Assembly (NCBI GenBank): GCA_964035545.1
Contig: OZ037766.1
Span: 15,428,722 to 15,492,721, forward strand
Source of the DNA: Bugula neritina
Lineage: Eukaryota; Animalia; Bryozoa
Direction: 5' to 3'
DNA: 64,000 nt
Below are positions 1 to 12,900 of this stretch, in pieces (position 1 is the stretch's first letter; each line of letters begins with the position of its first letter). The translations under genes were made by a program, and so were the position numbers. The notes under the pieces are model-generated. The model saw nothing but the letters and a program-made list of their open reading frames with translations. It was not told the DNA's origin and did not search any database.

Positions 1-346
1 AATAATTGTTTCATTTACAACATGATTGAATTTAGATGTCTATGTAGGCTAAAGCATGTTGAAACACACTATAACTTTATATTCTTCATTTTACAGAAAA
101 AAGTTTCTCAGATAATGAAATCTTGGTTTCAAAGTTTGAGAAAAATAAGATTTTTGGTGATGATTTATTATCCAAGCTGCAATAGATCTTTAGCTCAAAA
201 CTGGACAGCAAACTTGCAACATTTTTGGTTTTATTCCTAAAAGGCTGCTATTAGTGGTGTAATAAAATGAATTTTTAAAATGATCACACCATATATTAGG
301 TGTAGGTAATTAAGAACAGAAAGTAATGTTTGATGGAAAACTTTTA

Positions 347-520
347 CTCCTGTGAGAACCACTGATAAAGGTTTCTTTTTGAGCTGACGACCGCATATGC
401 TGTGGCACAGGAGCATTTATGATTGGAATCTCTTCTTCACATCACCAATGATTCTACTAGGATTCGAACATATAACTTGGTGAATGCTAGTCCAGCGATC
501 TATCCGTAGTTCCTCCCTTG
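347..520 (-). mobile_element. Degenerate tRNA-derived SINE copy
   Basis: Shares ggcacaggagca..tatga..catcaccaatg and a tRNA-like end (ggattcgaac) with the element at 12335-12537. Confidence 0.55.
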
Positions 521-739
521 TTATACTCATTTAGTTCTTGATAATTGTTTATAATGCTTGAAAGCTTAAACTGTATAGGACATTTTTTCAAATCTGGTTT
601 TGAACGCCTAAAAGGTTAATGTCACTTTATTAAATTCAGATTTATTCAGCCTGTGATTTGATTATGTTGATTTCTATTTTATGCTACGCAAATGATTGTT
701 ATAACTGAAAATTACTAACCGTACTGCTTGTATTTTTAG

Positions 740-940
740 AAATGTTTGTCCTTCACACTGCCAAGGCTGTGATATTGAGCTGAACCAACCTTTCAGGTTG
801 CCATGTGATCACTACATTGGCCGCTGCTGCCGAGATAGAATATTCAGAGCTGGCACTCACCAATGTCCAGTTGATGACTGTGATGAGGTGCTTGATGCTG
901 AGTACCAGTGGACAATAGACAGAGCTGCTCTAGAGAACAG
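740..940 (+). other. Extra RING-like domain exon (phase 2-2, 67 codons) of the RNF213-like gene
   Basis: tttttag|...gaacag|gtctta; translation NVCPSHCQGCDIELNQPFRLPCDHYIGRCCRDRIFRAGTHQCPVDDCDEVLDAEYQWTIDRAALENR. It joins in frame to exon 1193 (QYFENCTTENTFIGY). The donor site is weak. Confidence 0.7.
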
Positions 941-3900
941 GTCTTACTTTCTTTATCAGATGCTAATGTCTTACTACATTTTATACATTAAAATTCTTCT
1001 GACTTACAATGCAGGTCCACACCCTAAGACATATTTATCTCTGGTTAGTTAAAGACACAAATTGGCATTTAATGAAATACTTTACTGATGTTGAGTTTTG
1101 AAACAAGGGCTAGCTGAGTTACATTATTGATTTATAATAACCTAAGAATATTTCTCTGTCCACATCTGTACGTGGTGTGTTGGCTGTTACAGACAATACT
1201 TTGAGAACTGCACCACTGAGAATACTTTTATTGGGTACAGCACCGAGACAACTGCTATTGCCGTTAGACAAGCAACTGCTGATGTTGAACAGGCAACTCC
1301 TGAATGGCATAACGAAGTATGTTGTTTTGAAAACTTGTCATTTTCTTACTCGCCATATGTAGTAAATTAAAGTATTTTCTTATTTATGAATTTTTTTTTC
1401 AGGTGCTAGAAAGATCAAAGTTTTACATGCTTCAGTGTGCTACTGGAGAGGCGGTGCTACGCCTAGACAGGACACGCCTACAAGCTGAGGCTGGTCAGAT
1501 TCAGGATGTGTATATGACTAAGCAATCTCATGAGAGTCTAATTCAATATCTCAGTCAGCAAGTCAATCTGACTTCTTCTACCAACCTCTACATCCAGGTA
1601 TTCAAACTCGTAGACTTGTATTTACAGTATTCAAATGAGCAAAAATGTTGTTTGCTGGCTTTGTTTACAAATTTTAACTCATATATCATGTCATAAATTT
1701 TGTGTTTAATATAATGAAAGTTTTGAATTTCAAAAAGTTTTAAACTATAACAATGTAGGCCGATTAATCTGTCTTCAGATGAAGCTGCATATTTAGAAAA
1801 ATAGGTGCTATTTAAAATGTCGTCTGTGAAACCAATCGTGTTATCTCTATGCTTACATTGATGGGGTAAAAAAGACAAGAACATTCTTTTGTGCTTATCA
1901 CTTATAGCTTTATTAGATTCTGATTTCTCTCTAGCTGTTTAGAATACATTTAATGGCTGTATGTCAAAGACTCTGCAATATGTCTTGCGTATAAACTAGC
2001 CTCCACCTTTATGTAGGTCACTTCATTTGCTGAGCTCTTCAGTGAGCAAGATGTTAGACGGTTTATTAGTAAACTGAATAAAGACTTTGAAGTAGACGTG
2101 ATAAGCAGGTTCCTTAAGGACTTTGCTAAGGAAGATCTATTTGCAGAGTTTCTCAGGTATATTACTTGAACTTAAACAAGAATTTCTTTCTCCTGGTTTA
2201 AAATTAAAGTTACTAAACTATCATTGCTGTTTGTTATCTCAATCATATAACATAGTTGATGGGTTTCTGTTTGAGCATCTAGATTCTAGTAAAACCAATT
2301 AATGTGACTTTTGCTCATGAACCATGACCAGATTTCTGGTCTCTGCTACAGGTTAGTGTATGAGGCTCCATACAAGTGCAAGCTGTTACTCATCCAATGT
2401 GAATTGGCCAATGAAAACACAGAACTCCTGGATTCAGTCAGGTTTATAATTCAGCGTGAAAGTGAGGCTGCCCAGGAAAGAGAACACACTCCCACCCACA
2501 CTATTCTTCTCTTGAACATTCCCAGAGGTCACACCTTCACCGGCTCACAAGGTCTGTAAGGTTATTACAGAATTATCATTTTTCAGATTCGATTTTTTGT
2601 TAACATGTAGTTATTAGTGTTGATACCGATGTTATCACTTAACTGGCCAATGCTGCTTTATGATCTAAGGTGGAAAGTGGAAGAGTGTTCATATTGATGA
2701 TCCAAAATCAACAGATGTGTACTTGCCTTGTTTAAAAGAATGCCTCCGTTTAAAGCCGAGTGACATTATTTTAGTCTGTCTTCTTCGAGAGGTAATTTAT
2801 ATGTTCTTTAACCTTTCTTAGCTAGCATCTGTGTGAAGCATTTTTTTTTCAAAAATAATATTTTAATGGTTATTCTAGCTATTACTGCTGTTGCAGGTAA
2901 ATGTGGAGGATTTGAAACTAAGTGAAGAAGAACAAAGCAATGTTGGCCAGTTTGACTTGAAAATGGCTGGAGATCTGTTAGATTTTATTGTTCGGTGTTT
3001 GCCGTGTGCTGTATCCATCATCAAATCTGATTATCAGTACAATAGATTAAATCTACTGAAAGAACTTTTACAGCAAAATGGTATGAAGAGCATAATTGCT
3101 GTATAATTGGAATCTACTGCTATTCGAAAATGTCAATTGAAAAACGGAAAATTCACCAATAGACAACTGGAAAATAGACAATTGGAAAATGGGCATTTGG
3201 AAAATAGATATTTGGAAAATGAAGAATATCCAACATAGAGTAGTCTGAAGGGGGTGTTCAGAATCCGGGCAGGTCCAAAATAGCTTTCAACAATAAATAT
3301 AAAGTCTAAATTAGTTAAGCCTATCATGGAAGTAGAATAAATTACGAAATAGCTTACATTTTAAATTGCACATTTTTACAAAAAGCTATTTTAGACTCGA
3401 CCAGATGTTGAACGCTTCCTCTAGACTAGTCTATGTCTAATATTCTTCCTTTTCCAAATGTCCATTTTCTAATTGTTTTTTTCCCAGTTGTTTATTGGTG
3501 AATTGCCCGTTTTCCAAATAAGTGTTTTCCAATTGTCATTTTCGAAATGTCGTGTTACTGTATAATTGTGCATGTATTTTCTTTTAGTTGTTAGTTGAAG
3601 TCTCCAAAATGCATAACTCATGTAATTAGTCATTTAGACTGAAAGTAAGTGTTCAAAATTAAAAAAGTTTTCTTCTATTGAACAGGAGACTTTAGAAGAC
3701 TGTTTCTTCGACATGTTTACGACTTACTAAGATCTCAGGATGAATTGAATCCATCTTCCTCAAAGTGGGTGAAGAATGATGCTGCTAAAGCCAGCAACAT
3801 GAAGGAATCTGAAACTCTCAGGTACACTTCATGTAACTAGTGACATTACTCACTCCTTAGTCACTTGACATTCTTTACTCCCTCCTTAGTTACTTGATAT

Positions 3901-6900
3901 CCATTACTCACTCCTTAGTCACTTGATATTCATTACTCACTCCTTAGTCACTTGATATTCACAAGCTGTATTAGTTTTAAAGTATAATAAGCATACACAA
4001 GTATAGTTTAGTTATCAAAAGTTTTGTTATGTAAATAAGACACCCTAAATAATAACTTTTTACCTGTTTAGCAACTGACCTAATTTTACCTATGAAATGC
4101 ACCACCACTGTTTTCAAACTATTCATTTTTAGAATTTAAATCTTTTGAAACTATTCAACTCGATTGCTTTACCTTACGTCATGATTTTTAAATAATTGTT
4201 TAGGCATTCTCTAGAAGATGCTCTGGAGAGAGCCTTTGTACCTGCACTGGCTGCCGTCATCTCATTCATTGATGTCAGACAAAACCTGCTAATTCTGAGT
4301 CAATCTGCTGATTTCCGTTCTCTCTGGCTACAGATATTTGAACAAGCTCACAAACTGGGACTGCATTTCAATCATTTTACCAGAAATGCTGATGTATCGG
4401 GAAATTCAGGGATGAGCTCGGTAGGAAGTTGGTTAAAGTTATTGACGGCTGTCCTGTATTTCTTAATGTTGCCATAACCTATAATTCCCTCAAGTTTTTA
4501 ATTAATAGTAGTTTATCAGGTGTTCTGTCATAGATGCAAGTGATTTATAAATTAGCTGATAAGTTCTTGACTGTTTTTACTTACCTTCTGGTTCATATTC
4601 AAAAATTTGAAATTGCAAAATAATTTGCATAAAAGAATTAAAAAGGACTGATATATTGATATGAACATTGTTGGTACCAGCACTATACAAGTTGTTAGGT
4701 CTGTTATTTGGAGCCATATAGGTATTATTCATTTCCTTGCTCCTTTTATTCTCTTAGTTTCGCTCATTATACTAAGTTTGTCAGTTTGACTATGCACTAT
4801 CGAATATTTATTATTTAGTAGTGTAATATGTTTGGTAATAATAATTTAGTAGTATGTATTTAGAAATCCACCACTGTTTGAAAATGACAATTGAAAAACA
4901 CTTATTTGGAAAATGGACACATCACCAATAGACAACTCGAAATGGACATTTAGCAAGTGGACATTTGGAAAATGAAGAATATTCAACATTGACTAGTCTG
5001 AAGGGGGGGGGGGGGGGGTTCAGAATCCAGCCAGGCCCAAAATAGCTTTCAACAATAAATATAAAGGCCAAATCAGTTAGGTTATCATGGAAGTAGAATT
5101 AGTAAACCAAATAGTTCCAATTTAAAATCGCTCATGCTTACAATAAACTATTTTGGACCCGGCTGGATTCTGAACGCCCCCTTGGGATTAGGCCATGTTG
5201 AATATTCTTCTTTTTCCAAATGTCATTTTCCAAACGTCTATTTTCTAATTGTCCACTTGCCAAATGTGTATTTTCGAGTTCTCTATTGGTGATTTGTTCG
5301 TTTTCCAAATAAGTGTTTTCTAATTATCATTTTGGAATAGTTGTGTCACCTATATTTAGGTGTAGTAAACATGTTGTCCTGCTCACTTAACTTGCAACTG
5401 CTTAATATTTTATAATTTTAAGGTTAGAAAAACAATTTGATAAATTGGTAATTATGTTACAGTTGAGGTTTTTATAAATATAACGGCATTTCAACCACAT
5501 AAACAAGTTTTTAAGAATTAAATTTAAAATCAAAACTGCTTAAAGTTTTCACTTGATTTACTTTATAATTTTAATTTTAAAGATTATTATAAGCAATATT
5601 TTGAACTGTTTAATCATGTTAAGAGTATTTTTTATCTTTTAGAGAATTAATTGACATGAAAATCACCGTTCAACAATTTGTAGAAGCTCAAGTTTTTTTC
5701 GCTTCAATTCTTGTTTTTACTTGACTTCTTAGCCAGCTGTTGATATCCAAAATAATTATAAGTGTAAAATTGAAGTTGATCTGTAAAGACAGTACCTACT
5801 GCATTACAATAGATAGGGTAACACCTAAGTTTACATATATTCATAGTTCTACAACTAATTAGTATTAATCAACCAACTATGGTGCAAGAAGAAAAGTAAA
5901 TATTTTAATCTAGAGTATTCAAAGGTTTCAAAACACTGTGAATTTTGGAATAAGTTGGAATGCTGGAATGAGAGCAAACAACGTTTATGTATGAAATATT
6001 TTTAAGTTGATTAGAAGAATATTAGCTAGATATTTTGCTCGATCAAATGGTGAATAAATTTTGCGGATATGGCACTCAATAAACAAAACGAGTATTATGT
6101 TCAACAATTAGATATATTCCTTAAATAAGAACTACCATTTTACAAAATTATTTAATAATGAATGTAAATTTTACCCACCTGATCATTAAGAGCCATAGCA
6201 TATTTAAATGAATAAGTTTTAGATCCTAAGCTAATGTGTACTGTCCTTTATAGTAACTCGCAAAAATTTCAATTAGCAAAACAACCAATCAAATTTTAAG
6301 CAACAAAGCAGCCTGGCTATGTATCCTTAACGCAAACAGCTTTTATAAGTGGTGATTTTTCGATAAATATTTCAGGTCTAATTATGTTACAGATTATATA
6401 ACCTGATTTTTTCATGAATAATTTTGTTTGTAGAAACTGCCTAAGTCTTACGCAATTCGTATAGTTGGCCATGGTACTCAGAGTTTTACACTGAACCTTC
6501 CTTTCTCTTGGATTGTTAAAGAAAGCATTGATGGGATGTTGGAAACAGTTGATCATCTGAACATGCGTCATGGTATGCTTGTCTTTAGAAATTATGGACT
6601 TAAATTATTGCTTCCTAGTTGTGTTCTCACTATATTCTCATTTTATTACTGAATGACCATGCGTGTCCTAATTATTGCTGTTCACGCAGTAGAATCATAA
6701 AATTGTACAAGCCTTGAGTCCGTTAAATGCAACTTACTTGAATGCCCATCATTACAACCTGTGAATAATATTCCAGTTTAGTTTACTGTAGATAAGCTTT
6801 GCTAGGCATTATCCGTCTAGTTATTTTTAAATCATTACTATGAATATCTGTCATTGCATGTTTTAGCTATAATATAATGTAAAATGTGCAGAAAATAATT

Positions 6901-9900
6901 TATAGGTTTATCAAAAGCCTGAAAATATGTTTTGGAACTGTGTAGACTTAAGTTTTGTTTATACCTCTGCTGAAAAAAGTACCGACTTTCAGTTAACAAC
7001 GCTTGTCCGAGTACCCCTTTAAAGTCAAACTGAAAATCGTTTATTTGGAAAGAATTGCTGAAGGTTTTTGGAGAACAGACTGCCTTTTTGCCAAATACTT
7101 ATGATGTTATAGGCATAATTGCTGTAAAGAACTTGAAACTAAGGTTTTGTGAAGGTCAACTGTCAGGCTTAAACTGTGCTTACTTTGTCAATATTTGGTA
7201 ACTATTTCTGGAGACTAGATTAATTACATCAAAGATATTTTTTGCTTTCAAATAAGTGAACAGCTGAGAGTGTTTAATTTAACCTTAAACTAGCTATGGT
7301 TACAATAAAAATACATTTCAACACTATTACAAATGGCTAACCTTTTTACAAAAAACGTATGAAGAACCTAAAATCAGAAAAGAATGTTTATTAATAATAA
7401 TTTTTTTAAAATTAAAAATTAAAATAATTGTTTTGAGATGATAACAAAATGGCGTATTAGCATGGAGCAACTCTCTATGGATGTTTAAGAAATGTATCTA
7501 GGTTTATTCATGAATGAAGATTGAAAAGTTTGTTGTTTGACATCCATCAATATTTAAATTGAGTGTTGTTTGCCATTTAGGATCGTTAGAGGCTGTCCTT
7601 AACCAGTTTCAGATGACAGATATTGGCAGAATATTGAGTGATGCCAGGTGTAATCTTTCAGAACTCCTTGATGCTTACATTAAAGATTTTGTGTATATGA
7701 CACATCCTTGTACTGATAGAGATGAGCACTGGGTAAGACAACTCTGAGAACTTATGCAGTTTTAGCAGCACATGTTATAGTGGACATAAGAATAACATAG
7801 AGTTTGAATCTTCATGACATCTACTTAAGTCACAGTTTAGACAGTTCTCTTATTGACTAAAGAGCATAATCTATACTGTTGAGAAAATTTCTATGGTATG
7901 CAAATGTGTAGAATTATGTTTTAGGTTGTGGGGGCATCTATTATGCTGTGGATACAATCAAATATATCAGTGCAAAAAGCTACTTTTGTGCACATCAACT
8001 TAGCGTATGAAGAGCTAAGGCCAGTGTTTAAGAGGCTGACTGACCTCGTATCATTGGCTGATGACTCAGCTAAACTCACTGGCTGCATCAAAAGGCAAAT
8101 GGAAGAAAAACAAGAAGCTGCAAAGGTAGACATTAATTTTATTTTGGCTTTAAACGTTTTTCTTTCCATTTATTATTTTTGCACAATAATTCTACAATAA
8201 AAGAACAGTTTTTAAATAGTTAATCAATTAGGGTTAGTTTCAGGTCATCACTAATTCAACATATCTGTCGTGCTTGCTCATGTAAAGTTTAATACTGTTT
8301 GTAACCAGCTGAGCTTCATCAAGGAATTAAAACCTACTAATTTGGATTTTAACTTATTCTGCAGTTTTTATACACAAAAACAGCCTGTTGTGGTTTACAA
8401 CAAAGTTCAAGACCAGGGCAACTCCTGACCTTTAGAAAGAAAATCAAATTTCAAATTTAATAATAGAGACATTGATGAAAAGAAAAATGAAACATAAAAC
8501 ATTACAAAATTGTTGCATAACAATGTTCAACATACCTTTATTACCCTTCCTGGGGAGAGTTAAAATCAAATATATAAGGTTGTAATAGTGAAAGTTTAAA
8601 TATCTACATTTATCATGTACAAAATCAAAAATGACTAGCGAGAACTACAACAGTCAGTGGAGAAAAGCATCAGACTGGCATGAAGGCATAAAACAACTCA
8701 GCTACTGTAATTTCTGGCTACAAGCTATAAAAAGCTGACAGCTATTCTGGTAGCAAAAATCATTGCATTGTAATAGTGAAAACAAAGCTATTTGTGGTTG
8801 TAAAAAAAGCTGTGGCTAAGTGAGTAGCTAAGTGAGTAGCTAAGTGAGTGGCTAAGTGAGTGGCTAAGTGAGTGGCTAAGTGAGTGGCTAAGTGAGTGGC
8901 TAAGTGAGTGGCTAAGTGAGTGGCTAAGTGAGTGGCTAAGTGAGTGGCTAAGTGAGTGGCTAAGTGAGTGGCTAAGTGAGTGGCTAAGTGAGTGGCTAAG
9001 TGAGTGGCTAAGTGAGTGGCTAAGTGAGTGGTGAATGGTGATGAATTGCCCTGTGCCACTGTATGTAGTAGTGTGTAATATAACATCTGTCATTCTGTAA
9101 CTAAACACTGAATAACTGATGATTGGGCAAATATCTTTGTACTTATCATAGCAACACTTTTAAAAGCAAATGCTGTTTTGCATCTGCTGCAGTTTTATAG
9201 CTTTACTTATTCCATAATTAAAAATCAATTAAACTTCATGCTAGTGCAGTACAGCAGCAATTTTCAATCACAAACTTTTGCTTATATTACATGCATATTT
9301 CTTACTGATCGTTTACTTAGTTAGAGGATCTTATTAAAAGATGCTTTAATGATAAGTTGCATTATTTTGGGCAGCTATCTTGTGCTTGTAACATGTTGAG
9401 GAAAAACCAGTGTTGGTAAACATAGCCTGCTGCTTCAACTCTGATACTCAACATTTAATAGAGCTATACATTGAATAGGTTGTATTTGTTATTGTCATAG
9501 CCCTGTGACCTACTAGCACTAGAAGAGTTGTTGAAGAGTCTCATAGAAACTCAGTTGGAGAAGCTGCTAAAATCTCCTGAGCAATGGATGAATAGAGTGG
9601 ACAGGTGTGGGGAAGTGATAAAACAGACTCCAATCTCTGAGAGGGATTTGACATTCAAGTAAGTTAGTGTCCACCAGAGCTCTGCAATATTGTTCTGCTT
9701 TCAGAAATTATATGCATCAAATGTCCAGTTGAGTCATACTACATTTGTTGATACAGTACATTTACTTGTGTTTTGATTGTAGTAAAATAAGAGAGGCTCT
9801 AAGAAAACATAATAGTTCTAACAGCAATTTGGACTGCAAATATTCTTCATTTTTTCTTTGCTTAAATTTATAGGATTTATTTGTGTAGTTCTCTTTTTTT

Positions 9901-12900
9901 GCAACCATATGCAGGATTTAAACCTACCCAGGTTATTGCAGCTCAAATAAAAATCAAAACTATTAGATATAATAATTATGGATAACTATGGTTTATGAAC
10001 TGAATTTCTGGCATTTTAGGAAAAACTGGTTGATACTGGAAATGAAGAAGTTATATGTTGAGCACGTCATCGTACCTAGTCCAGAAGACCCAAGCAGTGG
10101 GAAGCGAAAACCATACAAGATCAAATTCCTTGTTGATGTAAGATTTACTATAAGTTTATTGTCTCAAATTCTTTTACATTATACTCATCTAATAGTAATC
10201 TGCATGTGCATGCACTTTCATGATTTCTTGTTAGTATGGCATCAAAAGTTAGAATCACTTATTGTTAATGGTTCTTTACATGTATCTTTTATAATACTAT
10301 ATGAATAACTCAAGTTACGCATGACTCATGTATACAATTCGGAGTAGAGTTCACTTCTCTCGATTATTTCATCAAGAATTTAAAAGCAGATGTTTGATTT
10401 ATGTACTTCAGTTCAGTAAAAAAATTCTACTTCTCCCACATAGTTCTACAAGAAATGACTGACTATTTTCTACCCCAACAGGATATCTTGTCTCTAATTC
10501 TGATAGACATCACAATATTTTAAAACCGCAGATATTTGTGAAAGAATCATCACACTGTATACCAACTTTGTGACATTTATGTGCCCCACTAACATTTTTT
10601 CATGAAAATTCTGACTTTTAATATGCAGATAATAGGTATTTTGTTATTTTATTCATACTGGATTTTGTTTTTTTGCAGGGAGTTAAAAAAGCTTTATCTG
10701 AAGTAGATTATGTGGACAAAAAGGTTTTTGATACGGTGATAAAATACCTCAAACAGACAGTGTCTTTTGGACTACAGCAGCTTTACAAGTAAGTTTTCTG
10801 TGGGCATATAGTATAGTGTAATACTGCTTTGAAAGTCCTATCATTCATAAACAGAGTAGTTCTTTTTTCAACATTCATGATAACATAAGTTGTTTTGCAC
10901 TTCAACAATGGAACTACGGTCATTCTGTGCATTATGCGATATTAACCAAACTTTGACAAGTTTATTTTCACTTTAATTTTACAAAATTGCAGCACCTGTA
11001 AAGTAACATGTTGCGTACTTCTATATAGCATCTTTAACGTGTTAACTGTATGTATGTATTACTGTAAGCTACTCCTAAATTGTTGAGCAGAGGGTGCCCG
11101 AGTCATTGTCCGATGTGTCAGAAATCACTTGACACGCCTGTCAGACTGCCATGTGGCCACATGCTGTGTGACAGTTGCCTCACTGACAGAAGGCTCTGCA
11201 AAGTTTGTGGAAAAGAAGTTCCTGCAGACTTTGAATACAAACCAAGTGAGGATAATATTGAGTAAGTTGACCCACTACACTAACCGGCATACTTAGGTTA
11301 ATTCACTTAACCAGTTTGGTAATTGGTACACAAATGAAAAATGTTTTTTGAATGGTTTCAAAAGTGTATCTTAATATCTAGGTAATTCAACTACATAAGA
11401 TATATTTTGTAAAACGAGTTGTGTACTTGGTAATTCGATTACTTGCATTATAAGCCTGGACACTTGCTCTCTGAGATTTATGTGCACATGTTGATTCTGT
11501 TGAAATACAATGAACTAGGTGGAAAATTCTATCAAAACAGGCAGTATTTTTGTATTCAATGTAAATGCTCACATAATGTTGTTATATGTTGGTTCTAAAT
11601 ATCTCAAGTTGCAAACTGCATGATCATGAAAGTCAACAGTGTGTAGAAAACAATGGCACTGGCTGAAGCTAAAAACTGCATTTTCTGTGAAATTAAATGT
11701 TACAATGTATTATGAATATGTTGAGATGTTGAATGAAATGTGAAAGTAGGAATTTATCAGATGATAATACCCAATATCAATCTAGATTCTGGAAATAACT
11801 GGCGTGAACTGTGACAGTGTTGCAACATAAATTTTTTTGGCACTTTGTAATGAGTCCTCATTTACTCATCACATCTTATTTCAATGCTAGTTGTTCAGCT
11901 AATCATTCTGAACGTCATTTCATAGTGAGCAGCGATTTGGTGAATTCAAAGACTTGCGAAGGAGAATCAACAACTTTTTTGTCGCTTTTGTGTCTGACAT
12001 GGTGTTCAATGAAGAGGAAAGAGATCCAGATGCTGAGATCATAGGATGGCTGCTGGACTGTGTGACTGCTAGGGGTGGAGAGACAACCAGACAGTTCAGT
12101 TTATTCAACAGTCAGGAAGTGGTGGATCCAACCCCAGTTCTCAGATCATTTCTACTCAAACTGTTGCTGCGATGCCCCCAGACAGATTTGGTCGATGATT
12201 ACCTGAATCATGTTCTCCAGCCTACCCCACTTTCTGGAGACCATCAGCTACAAACCATGGTTCTGTTTATAGACTGCTGGAAGGTGAGATGTTGATAGTT
12301 TAAAACTCACCACATGTTTTCATTAACACAAATAAAAACTCACGCAAGTTTATAGTCGCTATCCCTGTGAGAAAAGGGTTTTTGTTAAAGTGGGCTAAGG
12401 ACTTATTTAAATGAGGCACAGGAGCAGTTATGACTGAATGCTCTTCCTAACATCACCAATGGCCTTTGTCCGTGCTGGAACCCATGACCTCGTGTTTACT
12501 AGGCAAACGCTCCAGCGCCTAGACCACGGCTGCTCCCTCATTAACACAAATAGCTCAATTTATATTTTCACATTTCATTGAACTTGTGAAGTGTTCAGAC
12601 ATGCACCTGCTGATTTTTTTTTAGGATCTAACAATTCCACAGGTCATGAGAGATCCTGCAGAGTTGTCTACTCAACTGAAGATGCTCACCAGCCACACGG
12701 ATGATACAGCCGTAGTATCAGTGCAGGTGCTGAAGAACATAGCTAAACTACACATGGTAATCAACATGGCTGTCGACCTTCTCACCTCTGACTTGGACCT
12801 GCCAGCTCGTAGCATACGAGGACTAGAGTCAGCATTACAGAAGCTACTGGAGAAAAGGAACAGAGAGGGGAACAAGCAGCCTTGGTGGGTGAAGAAGTTT

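Noticed and set aside
6317-6571. Minus-strand 84-aa ORF
   Set aside because: It is the antisense shadow of RNF213 exon 6434-6572 (LPFSW).
8760-9108. ORFs with (THLA)n and (HSLS)n repeats
   Set aside because: Translations of an intronic 12-bp minisatellite on the antisense strand, with no splice or domain support.
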